In this document: positions 26,093 to 38,942 of the stretch, one piece after another
Numbering within the stretch: position 1 is the first letter of the stretch
How the letters are laid out: every line of letters starts with the position of its first letter
DNA from: Eledone cirrhosa
Taxonomy: Eukaryota
NCBI GenBank assembly: GCA_964016885.1
Contig: CAXHJY010000109.1
Location: 186,001 to 250,000, forward strand
Direction: 5' to 3'
Length of the DNA stretch: 64,000 nt
Position numbers and translations under genes: made by a program
Notes under the pieces: generated by a model
The model's input: only the letters and a program-made list of their open reading frames with translations
Databases searched by the model: none
What the model was told of the DNA's origin: nothing

Positions 26093-26127
<35 letters not shown>

Positions 26128-26293
26128 TCTCTCTATATATACACAACCCTCTCTCTCTATACATATACACAACCCTCTCTCTCTATACACACATCTCTCT
26201 CTCTATATATATATAGAGAGAGAGAGGTGTGTGTATATATATATATATACATCTCTCTAGGGTGTATATATATATATATATATAGAGAGAGAG

Positions 26294-26350
<57 letters not shown>

Positions 26351-26407
26351 TCTGTATTTCTCTGTTTATATATGTGTATCTATATATATTATATACACCT
26401 CTCTCTG

Positions 26408-26459
<52 letters not shown>

Positions 26460-26589
26460 CACACTCACACACACACACACATAGTGTTTTAATGAGTTTT
26501 TTATCTTTCTAATTTCAAGTTTAATTAATTAACTGAGATGATTCTTCAATTGCTGTTCTCTTTTTTTTAAACAACTTTTATCTACAATT

Positions 26590-27180
26590 TTCTTCTCCCA
26601 CTCTCTCCTTTTCCCCCCTCCACCCTTTAACTTTTGGTGCTTTCTCTCTCCCACTCTTTCCTTCTCTTTTTCTCTTTTTCCCCCTCCACCCTTTAACTTT
26701 TGGTGCTTTCTCCCTCTCTCTCCCATTCTTTCCTTCTCTTTTTCTCTTTTTCCCCCTCCACCCTTTAACTTTTGGTGCTTTCTCCCTCTCCCACTCTCTC
26801 TCTCCCATTCTTTCCTTCTCTTTTTCCCCCCCTCCACCCTTTAACTTTTGGTGCTTTCTCCCTCTCCCACTCTCTCTCTCCCACTCTTTCCTTCTCTTTT
26901 TCTCTTTTTCCCCCTCCACCCTTTAACTTTTGGCGCTTTCTCTCTCTCCCATTCTTTCCTTCTCTCTTTCTCTCTTTTTCCCCCTCCACCCTTTAACTTT
27001 TGGTGCTTTCTCCTTCTCCCACTCTCTCTCTCCCATTCTTTCCTTCTCTTTTTCTCTTTTTCCCCCCTCCACCCTTTAACTTTTGGTGCTTTCTCCTTCT
27101 CCCACTCTCTCTCCCATTCTTTCCTTCTCTCTTTCTCTCTTTTTCCCCCCTCCACCCTTTAACTTTTGGTGCTTTCTCTT
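26590..27180. repeat. Variable 60-80 bp pyrimidine-rich tandem repeat (CCCTCCACCCTTTAACTTTTGGTGCTTTCTC core), about 8 copies
   Basis: Direct inspection. Confidence 0.9.
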
Positions 27181-27480
27181 GCTCTCATATATATATATAT
27201 AGAGAGAGAGAGAGGAAAAAATATATATATATTCATTCTTCTCTCCTCCCCTCTCCAATTTGATCAACACAATGTTTGTGGGGAGCGGGGTGAGAGAGGA
27301 CTAAAACACCTCCATCAACACTCACCAAACACACCCCACCACCATACCCTGTTATGTGATTAAGAAATGTTAAGAGAAGTTAGGGGACTATTTGTCATGT
27401 TTCAGATTACCAGGGGTCAACATCGCTTTGTCCCCCCCCCCCACCCCACACACACACTCACCACATTAATATAATAATAA

Positions 27481-28068
27481 TTGTTTCTATTTTTGGCACA
27501 AGGCCAGCAATTAAACCAGTACATTACTGGTACTTTATTTTATCGACCCCCGTAAGGATGAAAGACAAAGTTAACCTCGGCGGGATTTGAACTCAGAATC
27601 GCAAGGGCTGTAACTCTATGCGTCAAAGCATGGCGTCCGACCCTCTACCGATTCTGCCAATCCACTAACCATTATAATAATAATTGTTTCTACTTTAGGC
27701 ACAAGGCCAGCAATTATCCAGTACATTACTGGTACTTTATTTTATCGACCCCGTAAGGATGAAAGGCAAAGTTAACCTCGGCGGGATTTGAACTCAGACT
27801 GTAAAGGGACGTAACTATGCTAGAAAGCATGGCGTCCAACCCTCTACTGATACTGCCAATTCACCGCCCTTTAATAATAATGGTTTCTGATTTAGGCATA
27901 AGGCCGACAATTGTGGGGGAGAGGAAAGTCAAGTAAATTGATCCCAGTGTGTGACTGGTACTTTATTTTATCAGGCAAAGCTAACCTCGGCAGGATTTGA
28001 ACTTAAAGTCAAGGGACGTAACTCTGTACCAGAAAGCTTGGTGTCCGACGCTCTACCGATTCTGCCAG
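27481..28068 (-). mobile_element. Three head-to-tail SINE family B copies separated by (AAT)n
   Basis: Copies at about 27481-27669, 27682-27870 and 27880-28068. Confidence 0.9.
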
Positions 28069-28366
28069 TGTCTGAAGGAAACATTACAAAGACAGGTTGA
28101 AACATAAATAAAATCAAGTAGAAATTTTTTATTTCTTGGATAAAATTACATAAAAATAAATATTTCAGTATTTAGTCAAACGAAAGGACTATAAATGAGA
28201 GGAAAGGGAGAGGGTTATTAAGCAGCAAAATAGGGGGTGGGAGAGAGGGCGACAGACCCAGCATCTAAATCAGAGAGGTGTTTTGGTTGCGCTTTGTGGA
28301 CAAAATAAGTCATTTCTGCAGAAAATGGCCAGCAACACCCACTGCAAGAACGACCCTACCTCACGG

Positions 28367-29253
28367 GATCTTTTCTCAGACAGACTGCTGTCATTCCGTT
28401 ATTTCTGAGATCCTTTCTCAGACAGGCTGCTGTCATTTCGTTATTTCTGAGATCCTTTCCCAGACAGGCTGCTGTCATTCCGTTATTTCTGAGATACTTT
28501 CTCAGACAGGCTGCTGTCATTCCGTTATTTCTGAGATACTTTCTCAGACAGGCTGCTGTCATTCCGTTATTTCTGAGATCCTTTCTCAGACAGACTGCTG
28601 TCATTCCATTATTTCTTAGGTCCTTTCTCAGACAGGCTGCTGTCATTCCGTTATTTCTGAGATCCTTTCTCAGACAGTTTGCTGTCATTCCGTTATTTCT
28701 GAGATCCTTTCTCAGACAGTCTGCTGTCATTCCGCTATTTCTGAGATCTTTTCTCAGACAGGCTGCTGTCATTCCGTTATTTCTGAGATCCTTTCTCAGA
28801 CAGGCTGCTGCCATTCCGTTATTTCTGAGATCCTTTCTCTGACAGGCTGCTGTCATTCCGTTATTTCTGAGATCCTTTCTCAGACAGACTGCTGTCATTC
28901 CGTTATTTCTGAGATCTTTTCTCAGACAGACTGCTGTCATTCCGTTATTTCTGAGATCCTTTCTCTGATAGGCTGCTGTCATTCCGTTATTTCTGAGATC
29001 CTTTCTCAGACAGGCTGCTGTCATTCCGTTATTTCTGATATCCTTTCTCGGACAGACTGCTGCCATTCCATTATTTCTGAGATCCTTTCTCTGACAGGCT
29101 GCTGTCATTCCGTTATTTCTGAGATCCTTTCTCAGACAGACTGCTGTCATTCCGTTATTTCTGAGGTCCTTTCTCTGACAGGCTGCTGTCATTCCGTTAT
29201 TTCTGAGATCCTTTCACAGACAGGCTGCTGTCATTCCGTTATTTCTGAGATCT
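28367..29253. repeat. 42-bp minisatellite TTCTCAGACAGGCTGCTGTCATTCCGTTATTTCTGAGATCCT, about 21 copies
   Basis: 14-aa periodic ORF; internal inverted repeats TCTCAGA/TCTGAGA and GACAG/CTGTC. Confidence 0.95.
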
Positions 29254-29412
29254 TTGTGGTTGTTCTTGTTTTTGTTAAGTACATCTGACCTCTTTTATTT
29301 TACATTACTCCGGAGTAACTAAACCAACCTGCGCACTTCGTCGAGTGCTCCAATCTGCATTCTGACGTGTCGGTATACAACCAACATATACTCCATATAT
29401 ATATATATATAT

Positions 29413-29612
29413 AACGAAGGAGATGTGGTAAGGAACCAGATGGACCATAACGCACCAAAGTACTTAATACTTAGGGTAGTAGAGTGGGTAATAGGAACGA
29501 GTAGGACCCCGACGGCTGAGCTCAAGCCGTTTCGACGGCTAATTCTGGACTTAATCCAGAATTAGCCGTCGAAACGGCTTGAGCTCAGCCGTCGGGGTCC
29601 TACTCGTTCCTA
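29413..29612. mobile_element. Family C insert with fold-back (loop CTTAA 29550-29554)
   Basis: Arms about 29492-29549 and 29555-29612. Confidence 0.88.
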
Positions 29613-29743
29613 TATATATATATAGGCAGAGAGAGAGACTAAAGCTGTTGACTTGGTTCATTATTTTCATTTCTCTCAATGAATGTCAGTGTAGGCAAAT
29701 ATCACAGTCTGTGTATATATATATATATGTGTGTGTGTGTGTT

Positions 29744-29774
<31 letters not shown>

Positions 29775-30160
29775 ATATGTATATATATATGTGTGTGTGT
29801 ATATGTATATATATGTGTGTATATATGTGTGTATATATGTATATATATGTGTGTATATATGTATATATATGTGTGTATATATGTATATATATATGTGTGT
29901 ATATATGTATACATATATGTGTGTTATATATATGTATATATATATATGTGTATATATATGTATATGTATGTGTGTATATATGTATTTATGTGTGTATATG
30001 TGTATATATATATGTGTATATATGTATATATGTATATATATATATGTGTGTATATGTATATATGTACATATATGTATATATATATATGTGTGTATATATA
30101 TATGTATATATATATGTATATATATATGTATAAATATATGTAAATATATATATATATATG

Positions 30161-30211
<51 letters not shown>

Positions 30212-30649
30212 GGGTATTAATGTATTTGTATATACATATACACATTTATGGGTGTTGGTTGGTTTGTTATAATCAAATAAGTTTGTTTACATGAAAGAAG
30301 TTTATAGAAAAGAAGCCAGTCTTTCTTCAACAGAATGTAGATATGACTTGAATAAAAGGAGAGTGAGAGGGGGGAATAGTGAGACATTGAGAGAGAGATA
30401 GGGAAAGAGATTAGTAGATAGATAGAGAGAGGGTGGAATAGATATGTTGATATGGAGGTGTGGGGTGGGAGAGGGTGACTGTATTTCTCCAGTTAACTCT
30501 GCTGGAAAGGCCATCAACATTCTTTGGTGTGCTGCTGCTGCTGCTACTGCTGCTGCTGCTGATGATGATAATCATTTGTGGGGTAATTAGTCTGGAGTTT
30601 CTTCTTCTCGTCTATTACAATATTACTGTCTTGTTCTACACTCCACCGC

Positions 30650-30667
30650 CATCTCTCTCTCTCTCTA

Positions 30668-30713
<46 letters not shown>

Positions 30714-31690
30714 GCTTCTCTTCATCTCTCTCTCTCACTCTGCTTCCCTTCATCTCTCTCTCTCACTCTGCTTCCCTTCATCTCTCTCTCTCACTCTGCT
30801 TCCCTTCATCTCTCTCTCTCTCTCTCTCTCTCACTCTGCTTCCCTTCATCTCTCTCTCTCACTCTGCCTCCCTCCATCTCTCTCTCTCTCTCTCACTCTG
30901 CTTCCCTTCATCTCTCTCTCTCACTCTGCCTCCCTTCATCTCTCTCTCTCTCTCTCACTCTGCTTCCCTTCATCTCTCTCTCTCACTCTGCCTCCCTTCA
31001 TCTCTCTCTCTCTCTCTCACTCTGCCTCCCTTCATCTCTCTCTCTCACTCTGCCTCCCTCCATCTCTCTCTCACTCCCCCTTCCTCCCTCCCTCCCCCTC
31101 TCTCTCTCTCTCTCTCACTCTGCTTCCCTTCATCTCTCTCTCTCACTCTGCCTCCCTCCATCTCTCTCTCTCTCACTCTGCCTCCCTCCATCTCTCTCTC
31201 ACTCCCCCCTTCCTCCCTCCCTCCCCATCTCTCTCTCTGTTGTTGTTGTTGTTGTTGTTGTGTATTGTTATTAGTGGCGGCATTAGCAGTGGTAGGGTCA
31301 TTAGTGACATTAGTAGTATTACGTATTGGTAGGAGAGGGGAGAAGACGGATGGCGACGGCGGAAGAAGAGGAGGAGGTGGAGGTGGTGGTACTCCATCGC
31401 CAACCCCCCCCCCCCCCCCATCTCTCTCTTTCTCACTCTGCTTCCCTCCATCTCTCTCTCTCTCACTCCCCCTTCCTCCCCCTCTCTCTCACTCTCACTC
31501 CCCCTTCCTCCCCCTCTCTCTCACTCTCACTCCCCCTTCCTCCCTCTCTCTCTCTCTCACTCCCCCTCCCGCCCTCTCTCTCTCTCACTCCCCCTTCCTC
31601 CCCTTCTCTCTCTCACTCCCCCTTCCTCCCCCCTCTCTCTCACTGCCCCTTCCTCCCCCCTCTCTCTCTCCCTCCCCCCCCCCTCTCTCT
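30650..31690. repeat. (CT)n-based degenerate tandem repeats (CTCACTCTGCTTCCCTTCAT core)
   Basis: Direct inspection. Confidence 0.85.
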
Positions 31691-32154
31691 CTACACACAC
31701 ACTAACAACCACATGCAAGTAAGAGTCTACATACAATCTCAGCCTATCCACCACACTATCCAACATTACCCCCCCCCCTCTCGATCTCTCTCTATATATA
31801 TATATGATGATGATGATGTATGTGTGTGTCTATATATATGTGTGTGTGTCTATATATATGTGTAGTGTGTATATATATATGTGTGTGTAGTGTGTATATA
31901 TATATGTGTGTGTAGTGTGTTTATATATATATGTGTAGTGTGTATATGTGTGTGTGTGTGTATATATGTGTGTGTATATATATATATTTATGTGTGTTTA
32001 TATATATATGTGTAGTGTGTATATATGTGTGTGTGTGTGTATATATATATGTGTGTATATATATATATATATTTGTAGTGTTTATATGTGTGTATATATA
32101 TATATATGTGTGTGTGTATATATATGTGTGTGTGTATATATATATGTGTGTGTG

Positions 32155-32197
<43 letters not shown>

Positions 32198-32298
32198 GTG
32201 TGTGTATATATATGTATGTATATATATAAGCATGTAATATGAAATCATTCAGGACCCTGACGGCTGAGTTCCGGCCATTTTGATAGCTAGATCCGAAT

Positions 32299-32332
<34 letters not shown>

Positions 32333-32334
<2 letters not shown>

Positions 32335-32575
32335 TCGTTTTTATGTCTGCCCTTCCATGCTTGCATGGGTTGGACAGGTCCTTCTCAGCACGGCATCTCT
32401 CCACTTGTATTCCTTCATCATCTCCTCTGCCAGTCTTAGCAATTCGAGGTCAGTTCTCACAACCTCTGCCCAGATCTTTCCTGTTCGTTCTCTACCACAT
32501 ATTCCTTCCACTGGCACTTATTCACCCAACAATCATTGTCCATGCACATTACATGTCCCTAACACAGTCTTCCCT
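32333..32575 (-). mobile_element. 3' fragment of RTE-type LINE sharing its tail with SINE family A
   Basis: Minus strand encodes GHVMCMDNDCWVNKC (cf. the RTE C-terminal WxGHVxRM pattern); ends CCAACCCATGCAAGCATGGAAGGGCAGACATAAAAACGATGAT, like the SINE A tails. Confidence 0.65.
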
Positions 32576-32722
32576 CCTGCACATCACCTTGGATTCCTCT
32601 TAAGCCCAGCTTCTCCTTCAACTCATCCAACCTTTGTCTTCCTTCCACTGGCATATCTTCACCCATCAGTCATTGTCCAAACCAGCACAGTGTTTTCTTT
32701 TGCACATCACCTCGGATTCCTC

Positions 32723-33805
32723 TTAACCCTTTAGCATTTACATTACTCTATATATACTATTGTATTTACATAGTAAAGTCTTTACCTTACATAATATCTC
32801 ACACAATATTTACATTGCTCTATATATACTATTGTATTTACATGGTAAAGTCTTTACCTTACATAATATCTCACACAATATTTACATTGCTCTATATATA
32901 CTATTGTATTTACATGGTAAAGTCTTTACCTTACATAATATCTCACATAACATTTACATTACTCTATATATACTATTGTATTTACATAGTAAAGTCTTTA
33001 CCTTACATAATATCTCACACAATATTTACATTGCTCTATATATACTATTGTATTTACATGGTAAAGTCTTTACCTTACATAATATCTCACATAACATTTA
33101 CATTACTCTATATATACTATTGTATTTACATAGTAAAGTCTTTACCTTACATAATATCTCACACAATATTTACATTGCTCTATATATACTATTGTATTTA
33201 CATGGTAAAGTCTTTACCTTACATAATATCTCACATAACATTTACATTACTCTATATATACTATTGTATTTACATGGTAAAGTCTTTACCTTACATAATA
33301 TCTCACATAACATTTACATTACTCTATATATACTATTGTATTTACATGGTAAAGTCTTTACCTTACATAATATCTCACATAACATTTACATTACTCTATA
33401 TATACTATTGTATTTTCATGGTAAAGTCTTTACCTCACATAATATCTCACATAACATTTACATTACTCTATATATACTATTGTATTTTCATGGTAAAGTC
33501 TTTACCTCACATAATATCTCACATAACATTTACATTACTCTATATATACTATCTTATTTACATAGTAAAGGCTTTACTTTACATAATATCTCGCATAATA
33601 TATACATTAGTCTACATATACTATTGTATTTACATGGTAAAGTCTTTACCTCACATAATATCTCACATAACATTTACATTACTCTATATATACTATTGTA
33701 TTTTCATGGTAAAGTCTTTACCTCGCATAATATCTCACATAACATTTACATTACTCTATATATACTATTGTATTTACATGATAAAAGCTTTATCTCACAT
33801 AATAT
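32723..33805. repeat. 72-bp minisatellite (about 15 copies) grown from a MITE terminus
   Basis: Starts TTAACCCTTTAGCATTTACATTACTCTATATATACTATTGTATTTACATAGTAAAGTCTTTA, matching the reverse complement of the MITE end 24955-25016; 24-aa periodic ORF. Confidence 0.92.
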
Positions 33806-33826
33806 CGAATCTGAGATTTTGATATT

Positions 33827-34007
33827 TGGCAGTATCGGTAAAGGGTCGGATGTCATTCTTTGCAGAATAGTTTCGACTCTTTACGGTCTGAGTTCAAATC
33901 CCGCCGAGGTTAATTTTGCCTTTCATCCTTACGGGGTCGATAAAATAAAGTACCAGTAATGCACTGGGATAGATAATTAATTGCCTTGTGCCAAAAGTAG
34001 AAACAAC
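33827..34007 (+). mobile_element. SINE family B
   Basis: Family motifs. Confidence 0.88.
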
Positions 34008-34094
34008 TTTATTTTGAGAACAATACCTTAACATCAGCATGAGTGGCCAGTTACGGCTGGTTTGAGAGAATTCTGTCTGGATATGGCTTTCTCT

Positions 34095-34205
34095 CACGTT
34101 TACATTGCAGCACATCCAACGAAAGATGGTTGCTTCATTTCTCTCCAGTCTACCCATGTCCTCTGAAGTCAGGGCCCAGGTTTCACTATCATGCAGCATC
34201 GGGCA
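34095..34205 (-). pseudogene. RTE-type LINE ORF fragment
   Basis: MLHDSETWALTSEDMGRLERNEATIFRWMC resembles the RTE post-RT motif LxGSETW...RLERxE..M.RWMC. Confidence 0.7.
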
Positions 34206-34536
34206 CTTCACGGTGATGGGAGCCCACTGGAACAGCCACTCTATCCTGGGGTGATCATGCCTATGGGTGTACTCCCCTCCCCCCTCCCCTTCTCTCTCTC
34301 TCTCTCTTTCTTTTTCTTTCTTTCCCTCGCTCTCTCTCTCTTTCTTTCCCTCTCTCTCATTATCTCTTTCTCTTTCTCGCTCTCTTTCCCTCGCTCTCTC
34401 TCTCTCTTTCTCTCTTTCTTTCCATCTCTCTCATTCTCTCTTTCACTTTCTCTTTCTCTCTCTCTCTCTTTCCCTCGCTGTCTCTCTCTCTCTCTTTCTT
34501 TCCCTCTTTCTCATTCTCTCTTTCACTTTCTCTCTT

Positions 34537-34572
<36 letters not shown>

Positions 34573-34663
34573 TCGCTCTCTCTTTCTTACCATCTCTCTT
34601 TCTTTCTTTCCCTCTCTCTCTCTTTCTTTCTTTCCCTCTCTCTCATTCTCTCTTTCACTCTCT

Positions 34664-34724
<61 letters not shown>

Positions 34725-35239
34725 CTTCACACAGACACTATCTGTCTACCGCTCTCCCACTCTCTCTTTTCCAACTCTCTCTCACTCCCCTCTTCTACCC
34801 CCCCCCCTATATATATATATCATACAATACTATATTGTACCACAATAACCCCTCCTCCCGCCGCCCACACTCTCCTGCTACCACAAATGTTATTTTTTTT
34901 CTCTATTTTTTCCTGTTTACACAATGTCGTCTATTAATTAAATTATTAATTAATCCCATTTGCATATTGTACTTTGAATTAATTAATTCTGTATGTAGTA
35001 ATTATATTTGTAAATTACTTTAATGACTAAAATCTATCATTGTTAGAATTATTAGTGACTAGAAACAGTTTCTACTTCAACTCTCTCTCTACCTCTCTCT
35101 ACCTCTCTCTCTCTATACCTCTGCCTCTTTCTCTCTCTACCTCTTTCTCTCTCTACCTCTACCTCTCTCTCTCTCTACCTCTACCTCTCTCTACCTCTAC
35201 CTCTTTCTCTCTCTACCACTACCTCTCTCTACCTCTTTC

Positions 35240-35600
35240 TCATTCTGTCTCTTTCTCTCTCATCCTGTCTCTTTCTCTCTCATCCTGTCTCTTTCTCTCT
35301 CATCCTGTCTCTTTCTCTCTCATCCTGTCTCTTTCTCTCCAATCCTGTCTCTTTCTCTCCAATCCTGTCTCTTTCTCTCTCATCCTGTCTCTTTCTCTCC
35401 AATCCTGTCTCTTTCTCTCCAATCCTGTCTCTTTCTCTCTCATCCTGTCTCTTTCTCTCCAATCCTGTCTCTTTCTCTCCAATCCTGTCTCTTTCTCTCT
35501 CATCCTGTCTCTTTCTCTCCAATCCTGTCTCTTTCTCTCCAATCCTGTCTCTTTCTCTCCAATCCTGTCTCTTTCTCTCTCATCCTTTCTCTTTCTCTCT
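35240..35600. repeat. 20-bp tandem repeat ATCCTGTCTCTTTCTCTC(TC/CA)
   Basis: Direct inspection. Confidence 0.9.
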
Positions 35601-35658
35601 CTCTCTCATCCTTTCTCTCTCTCTCTCTCTCTCATCCTTTCTCTCTCTCTCTCTCTCA

Positions 35659-35708
<50 letters not shown>

Positions 35709-35975
35709 CTTTCTCTCTTCTTCCATCTTTCTCTTCCCATCTCTCGCTTCCTCACTATTTTCCTATTTCTCTCTCTCTCTCTCTCTTTCTGCTCTCTTTC
35801 TTTCTGCCTCATTCTTCCTCTCTCATGCCTTCTCCCCCTCTTCCTCCTCCTCCTCCTCTCTCTTCCTCTCCCTCTATCTATCTGTCTTTCCTTCTCTCTC
35901 TCTCCTTTCTCTCACTCAGTCTGTCATTTTCTTGTTTCTAGCTCTTTACCTCTTGCCCTCCCTCTCCAACTCAAA

Positions 35976-36450
35976 GTCATTAGACTCTGGCCATACTGGA
36001 GCACCACACTCTTTTACTGGTTTCACTGATTAGACAGTGGTCATGCTGGGGCACCACACTCTTTTACTGGTTTCACTGATTAGACAGTGGTCATGCTGGG
36101 GCACCACACTCTTTTACTGGTTTCACTGATTAGACAGTGGTCATGCTGGGGCACCACACTTTTTTACTGGTTTCACTGATTAGACAGTGGTCATGCTGGG
36201 GCACCACACTTTTTTACTGGTTTCACTGATTAGACAGTGGTCATGCTGGGGTACCACACTCTTTTACTGGTTCCAGTCATTACACTCTGGCAATGCTGGG
36301 GCACTACACTTTTACTGGTTTCAGTCAGACTGTGACCATGCTGGGGCACCACACTGTTTTATTGGTTCCAGTCATTAGACTGGCCATACTGGGACACCAC
36401 ACTCTTTTACTGGTTTCAGTCATTACTGTGGCCATGCTGGAGCACCATAC
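35976..36450. repeat. 50-bp minisatellite GCACCACACTCTTTTACTGGTTTCACTGATTAGACAGTGGTCATGCTGGG, about 9 copies
   Basis: Period 50; a diverged single copy occurs at about 56410-56465. Confidence 0.9.
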
Positions 36451-36605
36451 CATCAACATTATTATGACTACTATGATTCCATGCCCCTCCCTCGTCTAAG
36501 ACTTAAAAGTTATCCATCTTAATTACCGAATTTAATTAGTTAATCTTTATCTCTTTGATCTTTTTTCAATAATGATATAACCAAATCACATTGAGTTGGT
36601 AGCAG

Positions 36606-37320
36606 TGGTGACCTCTGGCGGTCCCTGACAACATCCCTACTACTGGAGTGGAGACCTCTGGTGTTCTTGGTCCTTTGACCACATCCCTATTACTGGAGTG
36701 GAGACCTCTGGTGGTGTTGGTCCTTTGACCACATCCCTACCACTGGAGTGGAGTGGAGACCTCTAGTGGTGTTGGTCTTTTGACCACATCCCTACTACTG
36801 GAGTGGAGTGGAGACCTCTGGTGGTGTTGGTCCTTTGACCACAACCCTACCACTGGAGTGGAGTGGAGACCTCTGGTGGTGTTGGTCTTTTGACCACATC
36901 CCTACCACTGGAGTGGAGTGGAGACCTCTGGTGGTGTTGGTGCTTTGACCACATCCCTACCACTGGAGTGGAGACCTCTGGTGGTGTTGGTCCCTGACCA
37001 CATCCCTACCACTGGAGTGGAGACCTCTGGTGGTGTTGGTCCTTTGACCACATCCCTACTACTGGAGTGGAGACCTCTGGTTTTCTTGGTCCCTGACCAC
37101 ATCCCTACCACTGGAGTGGAGTGGAGACCTCTGGTGTTCTTGGTCCCCGACCACATCCCTACTACTGGAGTGGAGACCTCTGGTGGTGTTGGTCCTTTGA
37201 CCATATCCCTACCACTGGAGTGGAGTGGAGACCTCTGGTGGTGTTGGTCCTTTGACCACATCCCTACCAGTGGAGTGGAGACCTCTGGTGGTGTTGGTCC
37301 TTTGACCACATCCCTACTCA
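36606..37320. repeat. 50/55-bp minisatellite CTGGAGTG(GAGTG)GAGACCTCTGGTGGTGTTGGTCCTTTGACCACATCCCTACCA, about 13 copies
   Basis: Direct inspection. Confidence 0.92.
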
Positions 37321-37419
37321 TCTGATAGGCTTGTGTTAGACCCTGTAGCAGTGGAGACTTCCACAGTTCTTGGCCCCCAGACCACATTCCTGTTCACTAC
37401 TATTGGAGCAGAGTTGGCT

Positions 37420-37615
37420 ACCGGCAGGGGTGAACGAACCCACATAAGGTGAACTGGCTTCTTGTCAACCCATAGCAATGGAGATGTCTGGCATTATTGG
37501 CCCCTGGATCATGTCTCTTCTCTAGCGAGCCCCTGCGAGGGCTGTTCCAGCATGTCTCGCTCGCCGTCCTCGAGGACAATGTCTTCTCCATTCTGTCTGC
37601 TTGGACCACCATGAG
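37420..37615 (-). pseudogene. Possible decayed RTE-type LINE C-terminus
   Basis: VVQADRMEKTLSSRTASETCWNSPRR loosely resembles HVxRxxGMEKxLxxGxxxGxRxRGRPR. Confidence 0.35.
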
Positions 37616-37694
37616 GGGACTGACCCTAAAGTTTCATTTATGGTGGTGGCATGTGGATTGGACCATAAACACGAGAAAGTAAAGATAGAAATAA

Positions 37695-37873
37695 ACGTTT
37701 CTACTTTTGGCACAGGGCCAGAAATTACCTCCAGTGCATTACTGGTACTTTATTCTATCGACCCCGTAAGGATGAAAGGCAAAGTTAACTTCGGCGAGAT
37801 TTGAACTCAGAAGGTAAAGGGCCACAACTCTGCTGCAAAGCATGATGTCTGACGCTCAACTGATACTGCCAAT
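37695..37873 (-). mobile_element. SINE family B
   Basis: Family motifs. Confidence 0.88.
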
Positions 37874-38077
37874 TACTGTTGTTGCTGTTGTTATTGCTGG
37901 CGTTGCTTTTGTTGGTGGTGGTGACTAAATGTCCCTGTTTGGACAACTTGGCTTGTAAAATTAGTTTGCATGTGGCTAGTTGAGAAATGTACTGTTTATC
38001 ATAATTCTCAGGGAGATTCAGCAAAGCAGCGACTTTAAATTACACATACAACATACTTTTCCCTGTTGAGTGTTGTA

Positions 38078-38183
38078 ATGGGCAAGTGAAATAAAGTGTC
38101 TTGCTCAAGGACGCAGTGTCTCAGGGGGTGGTGTGGGGGTCAAACTAAACTGAACACCCTAACCACTAAGCTACATGCCTTCA
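38078..38183 (-). mobile_element. Degenerate SINE family A head
   Basis: GTGAAATAAAGTGTCTTGCTCAAGGAC...AACCACTAAGCTACATGCCTTC. Confidence 0.7.
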
Positions 38184-38322
38184 CACAGATATATATACAC
38201 ACTCACTCACACACATACACACACTTTCACAAAAACACATATACGCATTTATATATATACATATATAAACATATTCACACATACATGTATATCCACACAC
38301 AAACACATACACATATGCACAC

Positions 38323-38353
<31 letters not shown>

Positions 38354-38369
38354 AATGTGCAGATACAAA

Positions 38370-38404
<35 letters not shown>

Positions 38405-38887
38405 CACTTCAGCTACACAAACACACAGAGCACTTCAGCTACACACATTAGCCAAATGGTTAAATAAATATTGAGAAATAAAACTATCCTGACATGTTTG
38501 ATGGTTTTGACATGTCTGAGCTGTCAAACCTTCAAAATACTTTCCTAATTGGACAAACTGTGTGGTGCAGGTGGTCGAGGGGTCAGATGTTTCTGGGGCC
38601 AGGGACAGCATTGGAGGTGTTTTTTATAACTACATCACCCCCACCCCCACCCCCACCCCCATCCCACCATTAAATCTAAAGGGTGGTTAGGGGGCTGGGG
38701 AAATACTATTGTTCTACTTACAGCGTTTCTGTGAGGCTGAAATTAAACCCCTAATTTTAGGGTTGGGGGTGGGTGAAGTTCATTGATAAGTGACTTCTGG
38801 TGAGAGATTTGCTCTTAACTCTTTAAGACAGAGCTTCATCATCATCTTGTCGATTTAATTTGGTAGGTGGAAACTATGCAGAAGCCT

Positions 38888-38938
<51 letters not shown>

Positions 38939-38942
<4 letters not shown>

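Noticed and set aside
15785-33959. Long ORFs 15785-17097, 21796-23201, 28356-29192, 24943-25470 and 32760-33959 (Cys/His-rich, zinc-finger-looking)
   Set aside because: They are translations of 42/48/72-bp tandem repeats whose period is a multiple of 3. Several are open in more than one frame or strand, and several units trace to SINE or MITE DNA.
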